DNA of 34,338 nucleotides from a virus (lineage: Duplodnaviria; Caudoviricetes): IMG/VR virus record IMGVR_UViG_3300020045_007366, positions 1-34,338 of that record. The stretch is one strand, 5' to 3'. Numbering within the stretch: the stretch's first letter is position 1; every line of letters starts with the position of its first letter. Positions 1 through 8,720 of this stretch are shown here, piece by piece. The position numbers and the translations under genes were made by a program. The notes beneath the pieces are model-generated. The model had not been told where the DNA came from, made no database searches, and was given only the letters and a program-made list of their open reading frames with translations.

Positions 1-519
1 GGTAAGAAGATTTATTTTGAGGATGAATATGTCAGGAGCGACATGACCATTAGCGAGTCATGCGGAATCATACTTAAAAAGAGCGGAGAGAAGAAGGCTG
101 ATTGGACGGTAGCTGACCCTTCCTTACATAAGAGGAATGCTGTGACTTTAGTGCCGGACATACTTGAGTTTAACAAGAACGGAGTTCCATGCGTAGCCGG
201 AGACAACAACCACAGAGGATACGACATTGTAAAGATGTTCCTTAAGAGAGGGCTTATAGTTGTTAACCCTAAATGCCGAATTTTAATTAAACAGTTGAAA
301 GAGTTGCAATGGACAGACAAGACGGACGACGATTGCACGGACGTTTTAAGATATATCTGTGTCAGAGTTCACGATTTGATATTCGGATGGAGAGATGTTC
401 CTATGGCTACAAAGGAAGATAACAAGATGATGGCAGGCACATTTAACCTTAACGATCCCTATTTATTCAAGAAGAAGGTTCATCCTAACGCAATCGTAGA
501 AGAAGTGAGGGCATATTGA
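1..519 (+). CDS. terL: Terminase large subunit, C-terminal nuclease domain (5'-truncated by window)
   Basis: Frame 1 is open from base 1. RNase H-like terminase motifs 'VADPS', 'NPKCRILIKQL' and 'DDDCTDVLRY'. Directly upstream of the portal. Confidence 0.85.
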   Translation, partial: GKKIYFEDEYVRSDMTISESCGIILKKSGEKKADWTVADPSLHKRNAVTLVPDILEFNKNGVPCVAGDNNHRGYDIVKMFLKRGLIVVNPKCRILIKQLKELQWTDKTDDDCTDVLRYICVRVHDLIFGWRDVPMATKEDNKMMAGTFNLNDPYLFKKKVHPNAIVEEVRAY

Positions 520-2417
520 TGGAACTTGCAGAAGATTTCAATTTTAACATAATCACTCCTCGGCCTTTCGTTCTGTCCGAACAGCCAAAACAGTATTTGG
601 AAGAGATGAAAGATGAGGCGATGGATAAGGTCATTACATGGGAGAAAAGGTCAAATAGCCTTTTTGAGAGTTATTTCAGGGGTGCTGATTCTTGGAGGAT
701 TAAACCTTATTCTGGTGCTAAGAAGAGCGATTCCAAGACATGGTTTGATTCCAAGAGTGGTGAGACGCATCGGGCTGTTGAGACTTTGGCGACGGTATGG
801 CATAGGATGTTGACGGCTTCTGACCCTTACTTGGAAGGTGTGGCTATGGGATTGAACCAGAACGGGATGCCAATAACCGAAGAAGAGATTTACGCTACTG
901 AAGGTGTTTTGTTGGAACAGCACAAGTATTCCCGCTACAAAAAGAAACTTTTAAATTTCCTAAGAAGTCTGTCTTTAATGGGGACAAGCATAGTTGAGGC
1001 TCCGTTTGTGAGTTTACCATACGGATTTGGACGAAAGACAATGGAATATACGGATTTTGTGCCGCGGTCAATGCTTTTAACAGGTTTTGACACGTCTGTT
1101 TTTGACATTATGGATTCGGACTTTATATTTACGATTGATTTTGTGAGTAAATGGATGTTAAGGAACCAAGCGTCCTTAAGCACAGACCATTGGGACATTG
1201 AGACTGTTGAGAAACATATATCGGAATCTAAAAATTCTCTTTTAAATGCTACCGGGCAGTCTTATAACAGGCTCCAACAGAGCCGGGCTCGGGCAGGATA
1301 CTATGATGAGGAATCAAATGTTTTTGAGAACTTAAATTATCATGGTCGTTTAGAGGTTAATCCTGTCATTGAGGCTTATGCTGAGTCTATCGGTCTTGAA
1401 GATGACCCTAAATATGTGGATTGGAGCATAGGGATATTGAATGGGATGGAAGTTGCGAAGTTTCACATGACACAATATGGGGATTGGCGGACAAGGTTTA
1501 AGATTGCAACCTATAAAGACTTTGAAAATGAGCCTAGAGGGTATGGAGTAGCCCAAATTGGGCGTAAACTTCAAAGAAATATGGACGTTTTGGAGTCTAT
1601 GACTGATGATAGGCTCATGTTTGACGTTTTGAACATGATGAAAATAGGTAAATACTCCGGTTATGACGCTAAACAGTTCGTTGCCGAACCTTTAAAGATG
1701 ATTGAACTTGAAGATGTGAACCAATTAGTTCCTTTAGTGGGAGATCCGAGAGTATTACAGCAGGCTTTAGTGATGATTGGGCTTAGGAGAGAGGATTTTA
1801 GGAACATTGTAGGCGCGCAGACGAATTTACAGGCTCAAAAGACCGATTCTTCAGCTACGGAAGCCGCCATAGCCCAGACCGAGGCCATTAGGTCTGCCGG
1901 AGTTCATGCAGAAATCATTGGTGAGACAATTAGAGACTTTTTTGAGATTCAGCACATAAATAACCTGAATTACCTCGATTCTCCTATCTGGGTAGCCATG
2001 ACAGGAAGCCAAAAACCCATGTTAGTTGATAAAAACAAACTTCCGTCAAATATTGGTTTCAATGTTAAGATTGTGACTGACAAAGACTTCAGACCTGAAC
2101 GCCAGAAGAACCTTTTACAGATTTTGCAGATTGTCACGAGTATCAGGAACTTTGTGCCTTCGTCAATTAACGCCATTAAACCTATCTTTGAAGAAATTTT
2201 CCGAAATTCGGGTTTAAATCCACGCCTTTTGTCGCAACCCATCCCCGTTATGGATCAAATTGAGAAGCAAATGAGCCAGATTCAGAACGGTGGAGGACTG
2301 GCTAACCAAGTTCAGGGTGAGGTAGCTGATGAAATGGCTGGATCGACACAGATGCAGTCGACTCCTGTCGGACTTGTCCCGACCTCAAACGTCCAAACTC
2401 CGGAGGTGTCCGCTTGA
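516..2417 (+). CDS. Portal protein (podovirus, P22-like)
   Basis: 633 aa after terL; GAGG RBS; portal-like 'PRGYGVAQ' and 'SATEAAI' segments and a Q-rich helical C-terminus. Start is TTG 516 or ATG 519. Confidence 0.85.
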   Translation: MMELAEDFNFNIITPRPFVLSEQPKQYLEEMKDEAMDKVITWEKRSNSLFESYFRGADSWRIKPYSGAKKSDSKTWFDSKSGETHRAVETLATVWHRMLTASDPYLEGVAMGLNQNGMPITEEEIYATEGVLLEQHKYSRYKKKLLNFLRSLSLMGTSIVEAPFVSLPYGFGRKTMEYTDFVPRSMLLTGFDTSVFDIMDSDFIFTIDFVSKWMLRNQASLSTDHWDIETVEKHISESKNSLLNATGQSYNRLQQSRARAGYYDEESNVFENLNYHGRLEVNPVIEAYAESIGLEDDPKYVDWSIGILNGMEVAKFHMTQYGDWRTRFKIATYKDFENEPRGYGVAQIGRKLQRNMDVLESMTDDRLMFDVLNMMKIGKYSGYDAKQFVAEPLKMIELEDVNQLVPLVGDPRVLQQALVMIGLRREDFRNIVGAQTNLQAQKTDSSATEAAIAQTEAIRSAGVHAEIIGETIRDFFEIQHINNLNYLDSPIWVAMTGSQKPMLVDKNKLPSNIGFNVKIVTDKDFRPERQKNLLQILQIVTSIRNFVPSSINAIKPIFEEIFRNSGLNPRLLSQPIPVMDQIEKQMSQIQNGGGLANQVQGEVADEMAGSTQMQSTPVGLVPTSNVQTPEVSA

Positions 2418-2788
2418 AGCTCAAATGGAATGCCACTACGAAATTGCCGGAAATACAAATCGAAGCAGGAGATTTGCTTGATGCCGCTCATCTTCAGGAG
2501 ATGATTAACGGTAAGTTCTTGTGCCGTAAATGCGGGACTGAAACCCATAACAACGGATGGAAAGTTTTGAAAGGATACCTTGAATCCCAGAAGATTCTTT
2601 TAGATAAAAAGATTGACGCGAGCATTGAGACGAAACAGGATGAAGGAAGGACGAGGATACAGGTAGCTAAGAGGGTAGGATTTGACCATTTTATGACTAT
2701 GGCTGACAAGGTAATAGCGCAGGCCGAGTCTTTTAGAGAAGCGCCAAAGGAGACCACACATGAAACAGGAAATGAATACGGAGACTGA
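2414..2788 (+). CDS. Hypothetical protein (post-portal gene)
   Basis: TTGA stop/start overlap with the portal, GGAGG RBS, CxxC motif. Confidence 0.65.
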   Translation: MKLKWNATTKLPEIQIEAGDLLDAAHLQEMINGKFLCRKCGTETHNNGWKVLKGYLESQKILLDKKIDASIETKQDEGRTRIQVAKRVGFDHFMTMADKVIAQAESFREAPKETTHETGNEYGD

Positions 2789-3044
2789 GGAATCAGCAGA
2801 GCCAATTGGGATTGACTCGATTATTGCAAGAGTCGACAGTTATATTGCCGACACTAAGCTGGTGACTCCTGGGACGCTCGCTGAACTTAAAAGTGAGCTT
2901 GAAGATTTGAAAGAATATCTTGATGGAGAGGAAACTCAAGAGCCTAAAAGCATGGGCGGGGATAACAAGGAGAGCGGTAGCGACCCGAAAGAGCCTGCCC
3001 TTGCCATTATGATTGGAAAAATGAAACACGGAGGAGAACAATGA
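2760..3044 (+). CDS. Small acidic hypothetical protein
   Basis: AAGGAG RBS; ATGA overlap with the next gene. Confidence 0.65.
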   Translation: MKQEMNTETEESAEPIGIDSIIARVDSYIADTKLVTPGTLAELKSELEDLKEYLDGEETQEPKSMGGDNKESGSDPKEPALAIMIGKMKHGGEQ

Positions 3045-3460
3045 AACGAGTGCTATTTGGATTAGGATTTTTAGTTTTAGCCAAACTTTGTTTTGCGACG
3101 GTTATTCCTGGAGAAGGGCAAGTAAATAGAGAAGTACAGCGACCGGATCAGCATATGTCCGAAGCCGTCTATCAATCTTCGCAGACTTGTTCCGGCTCCG
3201 GATTGCAAACTGTGTTTATCAGTTCTCCAGCGGCTGTTGATTTGTATGCGATTTCCGTTACGAGCGCAGGAACTGCCGGGGCCTACATTGAAGTGTTTGA
3301 CGCTCTGCCAGCGACAGCTGCGGCAAGAAGGGTGGCATTTATTGATTCCAGAGTTACAGGGTTCTATCCGTTTAATGTGTCTTTTTCTTCATGGCTTGCT
3401 GTTTCAAATCAAGGCGAGGTTCAGCCTGCTTGCATCTCGATTTTACATAGAGTGAGGTAA
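3041..3460 (+). CDS. Signal-peptide-bearing beta-sandwich protein, putative capsid decoration (paralog of 6777-7256)
   Basis: N-terminus MKRVLFGLGFLVLAKLCFA|T; shares 'LY.I.V.S.G..GA.I.VFDA' and 'F..x.F...L' patterns with 6777-7256; GGAGGAG RBS. Confidence 0.65.
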   Translation: MKRVLFGLGFLVLAKLCFATVIPGEGQVNREVQRPDQHMSEAVYQSSQTCSGSGLQTVFISSPAAVDLYAISVTSAGTAGAYIEVFDALPATAAARRVAFIDSRVTGFYPFNVSFSSWLAVSNQGEVQPACISILHRVR

Positions 3461-3461
3461 G

Positions 3462-3761
3462 ATGCCGACATTTTCGGTTGTAGGAAGAGCGGGAACAACA
3501 AAAGTATTTACTTCGACGACAACGCCAGGAGTAGAAATCTCATTTCCTGTTCCTATCAAGTCTTTTCTTATCATGCCGATAGGCGGGGACATTACTTTTA
3601 GGTTTGCTTCTACTGATGCCGATGCCGATGCTTTTCCTGTTGCTGATGGACAGGCTTTTCAGATGGATTTGTCGTTAAGATATCCTCAATCTACAAATAT
3701 ATCTATTGTAGGTTACGCAATGGGCGCAGGAGTTCCGGTTTATGTCGCAGTTGGGTATTAA
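3462..3761 (+). CDS. Small beta-rich virion-like protein
   Basis: GAGG RBS; alternating hydrophobic beta-strand pattern; lies in the head module. Confidence 0.6.
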   Translation: MPTFSVVGRAGTTKVFTSTTTPGVEISFPVPIKSFLIMPIGGDITFRFASTDADADAFPVADGQAFQMDLSLRYPQSTNISIVGYAMGAGVPVYVAVGY

Positions 3762-3778
3762 AAAGGAGAGTGATTAAA

Positions 3779-4210
3779 ATGGAAGGAATTGAGATTGTAA
3801 AAGAGTTGGAAGATTCTATAAAGATAGCTTTGAAAGGGTTAAATACTCTCGAAAGAAGTGAATCTCAAGCAAGGAATAGGGTTGGGGAGCTTGAGGCTAA
3901 AAAGTCGCTTCTTGAGAAAGATTGTATTGCTCTGGAAGAGAAAAAGTCTAATTTAAACGCTGATTTTGAAAAGCAAAATGTGGCTAAATACCAGGATTTG
4001 GAAGATAGACTGAGAAACGCTGTTAAGCAGGAATCTAATCTAAACGAGCTAATCTCAATCAACGCTTCCAAACAGACAAAGCTTGATGGAGCCGCGTCTT
4101 TGATGAACTCTGAGAAAATTAGGTATGAGCAGTTGGCTGAAGAGTATACAACCAAACTCAAAGAAGTGAACGAAAAGAAAGCGAGATTGGATGCGGCGTT
4201 TAATGGCTGA
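3779..4210 (+). CDS. Coiled-coil hypothetical protein
   Basis: AAGGAG RBS fits ATG 3779; heptad-rich in E/K/L. Confidence 0.65.
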   Translation: MEGIEIVKELEDSIKIALKGLNTLERSESQARNRVGELEAKKSLLEKDCIALEEKKSNLNADFEKQNVAKYQDLEDRLRNAVKQESNLNELISINASKQTKLDGAASLMNSEKIRYEQLAEEYTTKLKEVNEKKARLDAAFNG

Positions 4211-4985
4211 TAATTTCGGAGTTACTGTCGGCGTATGCACTTATGCCGCTATAAAAACCCGTGCTGTCATGTCTCATTTTGCCTTAGAGAAATGTCCTAA
4301 CCCTAAAATCATGGTCAGGTATCAAGACGGTGACGCTTTAATAGGCCGATCCCGTTCCTTAATAGCCAATCGGTTCCTGAAAGATACTTCAGACGAGCTT
4401 TTGATGTTCCTTGACGAGGATGTGGTAATCTCCACCGAGGACGCAACGAAGTTAATGTGGGAAGCACACACACTTAAATTGCCTATCGTGGGAGCCGCAT
4501 ACTGCACCAAGAGCAAGGATAATCCTGGGTTAGCTATCAGGCCGTTAGCAGATACTGACAAAATTGAATTTGGCAAGAACGGGGCTATTGTCGAAATGCG
4601 TTCAATCAGTACGGGGTGCATGGTTATCCGTCGTGAGGTATTTCATGCGATGATTACCTCTGAAAAGATTAAGTATTGCAAGCACAGAGATAGGGGATAT
4701 TACCCGTTTTTTCAGGACGTTCAAAAAGAGATTGATGGGACATGGGAACATTTGAGCGAGGACTGGTTTTTTACGGAGATTGCGAGAGAACTTGGGTTTA
4801 AAATTTATTGTGACACGACAATCAAGTTAGGGCATATCGGGGCGTACGAATATACTTTTGATGATATTTTGGAAACAAGAAATGGACAAAGAAAGAAATA
4901 TGATTCAGTTACATTTAATTTAGGAAATAGGAAGGAACCAGATTTTTCCGTTTCGGACTTAACCGGAACGAGGCCGAAGGGCTAA
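4203..4985 (+). CDS. Glycosyltransferase, GT-A fold (GT2-like, phage type)
   Basis: 'RSRSLIANRFL', DxD motif 'FLDED', 'TGCMVIRREVF', 'LSEDWFF' and 'GFKIYCDTTIKLGHIG'. Likely start ATG 4203. Confidence 0.8.
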   Translation: MADNFGVTVGVCTYAAIKTRAVMSHFALEKCPNPKIMVRYQDGDALIGRSRSLIANRFLKDTSDELLMFLDEDVVISTEDATKLMWEAHTLKLPIVGAAYCTKSKDNPGLAIRPLADTDKIEFGKNGAIVEMRSISTGCMVIRREVFHAMITSEKIKYCKHRDRGYYPFFQDVQKEIDGTWEHLSEDWFFTEIARELGFKIYCDTTIKLGHIGAYEYTFDDILETRNGQRKKYDSVTFNLGNRKEPDFSVSDLTGTRPKG

Positions 4986-4995
4986 AGGAGACACA

Positions 4996-5877
4996 ATGGA
5001 ACAGGATACACTAACTGCCCCAGTTGAACAGGGTAGCCCGCCAGAAAGCGGGTCGCAGGCCACCGAGACAACCGAGCAATCGGCCTCTCAGTCGCAACCG
5101 TCAACCACCTCTCAGGTCGAGAGCGGTGTCAACAGTCCTCCAGCACCCGATACTACGAGGAGAAAACCGTCTGACTTTTACCGCGAACGTGAGAAATCAC
5201 GGCGTCTTGAACAAAACCTTCAGGAGCAAGCGAGAAAAATTCAGGAATTGGAATCTCTAATTAAGGATAGTAAGAATCCTAAATCACCGGAAGTGTCGCC
5301 TAGTAAGTTTGATAAAGACAAATTCTGGAATGATCCTGAATCTATCCTGAAAGAGTTAATCCAACAGCATCTAACGCCGTTGGAACAGCTTAAACAGGAA
5401 TTTCAGTCCATCAAACAGAAGGAAGTCGAAGCCAAACAGACTCAGGATATGCGAGAGGCGTTGGAAGTGTTATTTCCGAAAAAGAGTCCTGACAGCAAGG
5501 AAACTCTTGAGGAACGAATCAAGAATAGCGGAGAGTATGGGGATATGGTCAGAGAAATTCTGAACGATCCCGAATACGCCAACCTAAGTCCTCAAAAGGC
5601 GGCTAAGATAGCCCTTTTGGAGATTAAGGAAAGGAAACCGGTTGAAGTCAAAAGCCCTAAAGCCATAGACAAGAAGTTAATGGGCGGGCAAGCGGCTGGC
5701 AATCCTTCAGGTAACGCTAAGGCTAATTCTTCCGCAGAGTCCATGTTGGCTGAATTAAAAAAGCTGAATAATGAAATCAGAGAAAGGCCCGAACTGCGGT
5801 TCAATACTGAACTTATGCAGAGAAAGGCTAAACTCGACGAAAGTATCAGCAGACTCTTAAAAGAAGAAAGGAAATAA
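4996..5877 (+). CDS. Capsid scaffolding protein
   Basis: Disordered acidic N-terminus plus coiled coils; immediately upstream of the capsid gene; AAGGAG RBS. Confidence 0.75.
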   Translation: MEQDTLTAPVEQGSPPESGSQATETTEQSASQSQPSTTSQVESGVNSPPAPDTTRRKPSDFYREREKSRRLEQNLQEQARKIQELESLIKDSKNPKSPEVSPSKFDKDKFWNDPESILKELIQQHLTPLEQLKQEFQSIKQKEVEAKQTQDMREALEVLFPKKSPDSKETLEERIKNSGEYGDMVREILNDPEYANLSPQKAAKIALLEIKERKPVEVKSPKAIDKKLMGGQAAGNPSGNAKANSSAESMLAELKKLNNEIRERPELRFNTELMQRKAKLDESISRLLKEERK

Positions 5878-5903
5878 CATTAAGCTATTTAAGGTAAATA
5901 ACA

Positions 5904-6761
5904 ATGGCTAATGAATTCGATAATACAGCATTAAACTCCACCGTTCGTGAACTTTGGGATGAACGTCTCGAAGACGCACGTTACGCGGAAATGGTTATTG
6001 GCTCTCGTGTGGCTAACAAGTCTGAAATCGCTAAAAAGAAAGGCGATATCATTCACGTTACCATCGACCAGGCTTATACCGTTGGAACCGTGTCGGCGGC
6101 TGGAGTGGTTGCGGCTCAGAATTATACCTTGTCTACTGTTGACATTACTCTTCAGAACTGGGAACAAATCACAATCGTTGAATTGGATCGGGCGAAAGCT
6201 CAGTCCTTCTGGTTGCCTGATTCCGTGTTTCCCAAAAATGTCGGTAAAGCCTTCGGCGCAAGGTATGACAGCGTTCTAGCCGGACAGCACGCAAGCATTA
6301 CTAGCTCGGTTGGGTCAACTACCAGCCCCGCGGACTTGGACAAGACTCTTGTTCAGGAAGCGATGCTTACTCTTGCTAACAGTAATGTTCCGTTGGAAGA
6401 TTTGAACTTGTTTGTTCATCCTACTGCTTACTGGCAGGGACTGTTCAATGAAGTTCAGCTTCAGGATGCGAACAAGACTGGTTCGGAGAAATCCGCACTA
6501 ATTACTGGCAAAGTAAACATGATTGCTGGTGTGCCTATCTATCAATCGACCAACATTGCATCGACTGGAAGCCCTGCGGTTCGCAAGAACCTCCTGCTTC
6601 ACAAGTCTTGCATGGCAATCGCTTGGCAGAAAGATGCGGAAATTAAGTCGGCAGACGGTCTGGCTGGACTGGTTTTGGGAACTATTTTCAACGCCCAGAG
6701 CCTTTACGGTTATAACGTCATCCGCGCCGATCACGGCGTGGTAATCAACTCGAAAGCATAA
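5904..6761 (+). CDS. Major capsid protein (HK97 fold, P22/T7-like)
   Basis: 'ELWDERL', 'KKGDIIHV', 'LANSNVP', 'FVHPTAY', 'IAGVPIYQSTNI' and 'LYGYNVIR' pattern typical of podovirus coat proteins; follows the scaffold. Confidence 0.9.
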   Translation: MANEFDNTALNSTVRELWDERLEDARYAEMVIGSRVANKSEIAKKKGDIIHVTIDQAYTVGTVSAAGVVAAQNYTLSTVDITLQNWEQITIVELDRAKAQSFWLPDSVFPKNVGKAFGARYDSVLAGQHASITSSVGSTTSPADLDKTLVQEAMLTLANSNVPLEDLNLFVHPTAYWQGLFNEVQLQDANKTGSEKSALITGKVNMIAGVPIYQSTNIASTGSPAVRKNLLLHKSCMAIAWQKDAEIKSADGLAGLVLGTIFNAQSLYGYNVIRADHGVVINSKA

Positions 6762-6776
6762 AAAGGAGGCAGTAAG

Positions 6777-7256
6777 ATGAAAAAATTGTATGTCTTGACC
6801 GCCTTCGTTATGCTGGCTATGGCAGGAATTTCTGTGGCGGGAGAGCTTAGACAGACCCCCCATGGAGATCATCCGCAAGCTCTGGCTACGGCTGATTACG
6901 GCGGAGTGTATTACTCAACAGCATTGTTTGGCCCACTTAGTGGGACAGGCATTTCTGTGACGACTGTTTGTGCTCCTTGTACTGGAGTGTTCTACGGGTT
7001 TATGTTTAGTTCCGGCGCTGCCGGGGCTCTTGACTTCGTGGATGTGTTTGACGCAACCTCAACGGTTAATACTAAGCAGGCGGGTTCTATAATCTCCCGC
7101 ATTTATAACCAGAACGGTTCGACAAGCACGGCGGCTGGTTCGACCCAGGGTTTTACTGGGCCTCCGAAACCAATCCGTTTCAACAAAGGCTTGATGTATA
7201 AACCTAGTGTTGGAACTTATAACGTAATTACGGGCTTATTTTATTCTGGGCCTTAA
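6777..7256 (+). CDS. Signal-peptide-bearing putative capsid decoration protein
   Basis: Directly after the MCP with a strong AGGAGG RBS; MKKLYVLTAFVMLAMAGISVA|G; beta-sandwich pattern ending 'PIRFNKGL'. Confidence 0.7.
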   Translation: MKKLYVLTAFVMLAMAGISVAGELRQTPHGDHPQALATADYGGVYYSTALFGPLSGTGISVTTVCAPCTGVFYGFMFSSGAAGALDFVDVFDATSTVNTKQAGSIISRIYNQNGSTSTAAGSTQGFTGPPKPIRFNKGLMYKPSVGTYNVITGLFYSGP

Positions 7257-7265
7257 GTCATAAGA

Positions 7266-7306
7266 ATGTGTGTCTGGGGGTGGGAGAAATCCTGCCCCCA
7301 ACACAT
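7266..7306 (+). terminator. GC-rich hairpin after the capsid/decoration genes (terminator or mRNA 3' stabiliser)
   Basis: TGGGGGTGGGA-GAAA-TCCTGCCCCCA stem with G-U pairs and a GNRA loop, extended by ATGTGT/ACACAT; no clear U-tract. Confidence 0.55.
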
Positions 7307-7317
7307 CTAAGGATTTT

Positions 7318-7608
7318 ATGCAAAAATGTGACATTTGTGAGACTGAAGGACATTATAGGTTGAGAGCCATAGGCAATGGAGTCTGGTCGTGCATGGGATG
7401 CTTAAGGACTCCTCCTAGTGAGTTGTCCGTCGGAATACAAACTAAAATAAAAGTTGGTAATCTTTGGGCTACTCAAAGCCAACTAAACGAAATGGACAGA
7501 AGGGTGATTATTCCTGGGACTTTGACAAAAGACGGGAGTTACAAGATTGGGCGAAGAATGGAAAACGGACGGATTTCAGAGAATCAAGTGCCGAGATACG
7601 CATCATAA
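7318..7608 (+). CDS. Zn-ribbon hypothetical protein
   Basis: AAGGA RBS then ATG 7318; CDIC...CMGC. Confidence 0.65.
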   Translation: MQKCDICETEGHYRLRAIGNGVWSCMGCLRTPPSELSVGIQTKIKVGNLWATQSQLNEMDRRVIIPGTLTKDGSYKIGRRMENGRISENQVPRYAS

Positions 7609-7618
7609 GGAGAATAAA

Positions 7619-8002
7619 ATGAAGTTAAATAACGTTGAAATTCAGTTGTTGGATAAAGACATTCTTGAGTTCAAGAAATTTATTGATAAGTTTAGCGATA
7701 AGTTTCAGAGAGGTCATTTGACCTACAATATGTGGGTGACTGAACATGAGGAATTGCGGAGAATCAATCAGGATTGGACAAATAAGAATAAAGAGGCTCA
7801 AGATGAACTCGACAAGACGGTTGCGGCATCGAACCTTATTAAAGCGGAATCTCAAGCGGAGAAAGAGAAGTATCAGGCGGAGATCATGAAACTCTGGTCT
7901 AAGGCAAACTCAAAGTTCAGAGAAATTGAAAAAACGCTTCAGGATGTTGATAGGAAGAAGGTCAAGGAAGCCCTAAAAGAGTTGGAAGTGATGGCAGCCT
8001 AA
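7619..8002 (+). CDS. Coiled-coil hypothetical protein
   Basis: AAGGAG RBS then ATG 7619. Confidence 0.65.
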   Translation: MKLNNVEIQLLDKDILEFKKFIDKFSDKFQRGHLTYNMWVTEHEELRRINQDWTNKNKEAQDELDKTVAASNLIKAESQAEKEKYQAEIMKLWSKANSKFREIEKTLQDVDRKKVKEALKELEVMAA

Positions 8003-8003
8003 A

Positions 8004-8720
8004 ATGACACTTGTAAATATCAGGAATAAAGTTAGGGACTACATTTCTCAAGAGGATACGTCTAACACAGACTTTTCCGATACGGAACTCAATAATTATA
8101 TAAATGAAGGTATCCGATATTTGGGTAAGTTGGTTAAAAAGCCTATCAAAAGAATCACGATTCAGGCGGTTCTTGATACGGCGACGTATTCTCTTGCAAG
8201 TGTAGCCCCTGATTTTATTCTTCCCACTACGGCTTATTTTGGGGATACCACTATCAACGGGGATGTACAAAAGCTGGAACTTATCCCCGAGGAATCTTTG
8301 GCTGAAATCAACCCTGCGTGGTTAGATGCAACTACAGGCAGTCAAGGAAGGCCAAGATACCTTGTGATGATTAACAGGACAACGGTTCTTGTTCATCCGC
8401 GACCCAATTCAGATCAGTCGGCCTCAGGAAAACTAATCCATTTGACGTTTGTCTACGAACCCACAGAAATAACAAGTGATTCCGCTGAGCCGGATTTGCC
8501 AATTTCATATCACGATTTGATTCCAAAATATGCCTATTCCGAGTGTCTTATCAGTAAACTCAAGGAAGATGCTAAGGGATACTCTATCAGGGGACTTATG
8601 GAGAAGGAAGCTAAAAAGATTGAGCCTCTAATCATTAAAGAGGCTAATTCGTTTGGATTTACTTGGGGACATTCAATTGATGTCAATGATGATTCAGGAT
8701 GGGGAGTTCGCGTTTCTTGA
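8004..8720 (+). CDS. Head-tail adaptor / tail tubular protein A-like
   Basis: 'MTL..IR..VR...FSD.ELN.YINEG', 'G.PRY', 'VHPRP' and 'PDLP..YHDLI..YA' are typical of podovirus adaptors. Confidence 0.8.
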   Translation: MTLVNIRNKVRDYISQEDTSNTDFSDTELNNYINEGIRYLGKLVKKPIKRITIQAVLDTATYSLASVAPDFILPTTAYFGDTTINGDVQKLELIPEESLAEINPAWLDATTGSQGRPRYLVMINRTTVLVHPRPNSDQSASGKLIHLTFVYEPTEITSDSAEPDLPISYHDLIPKYAYSECLISKLKEDAKGYSIRGLMEKEAKKIEPLIIKEANSFGFTWGHSIDVNDDSGWGVRVS

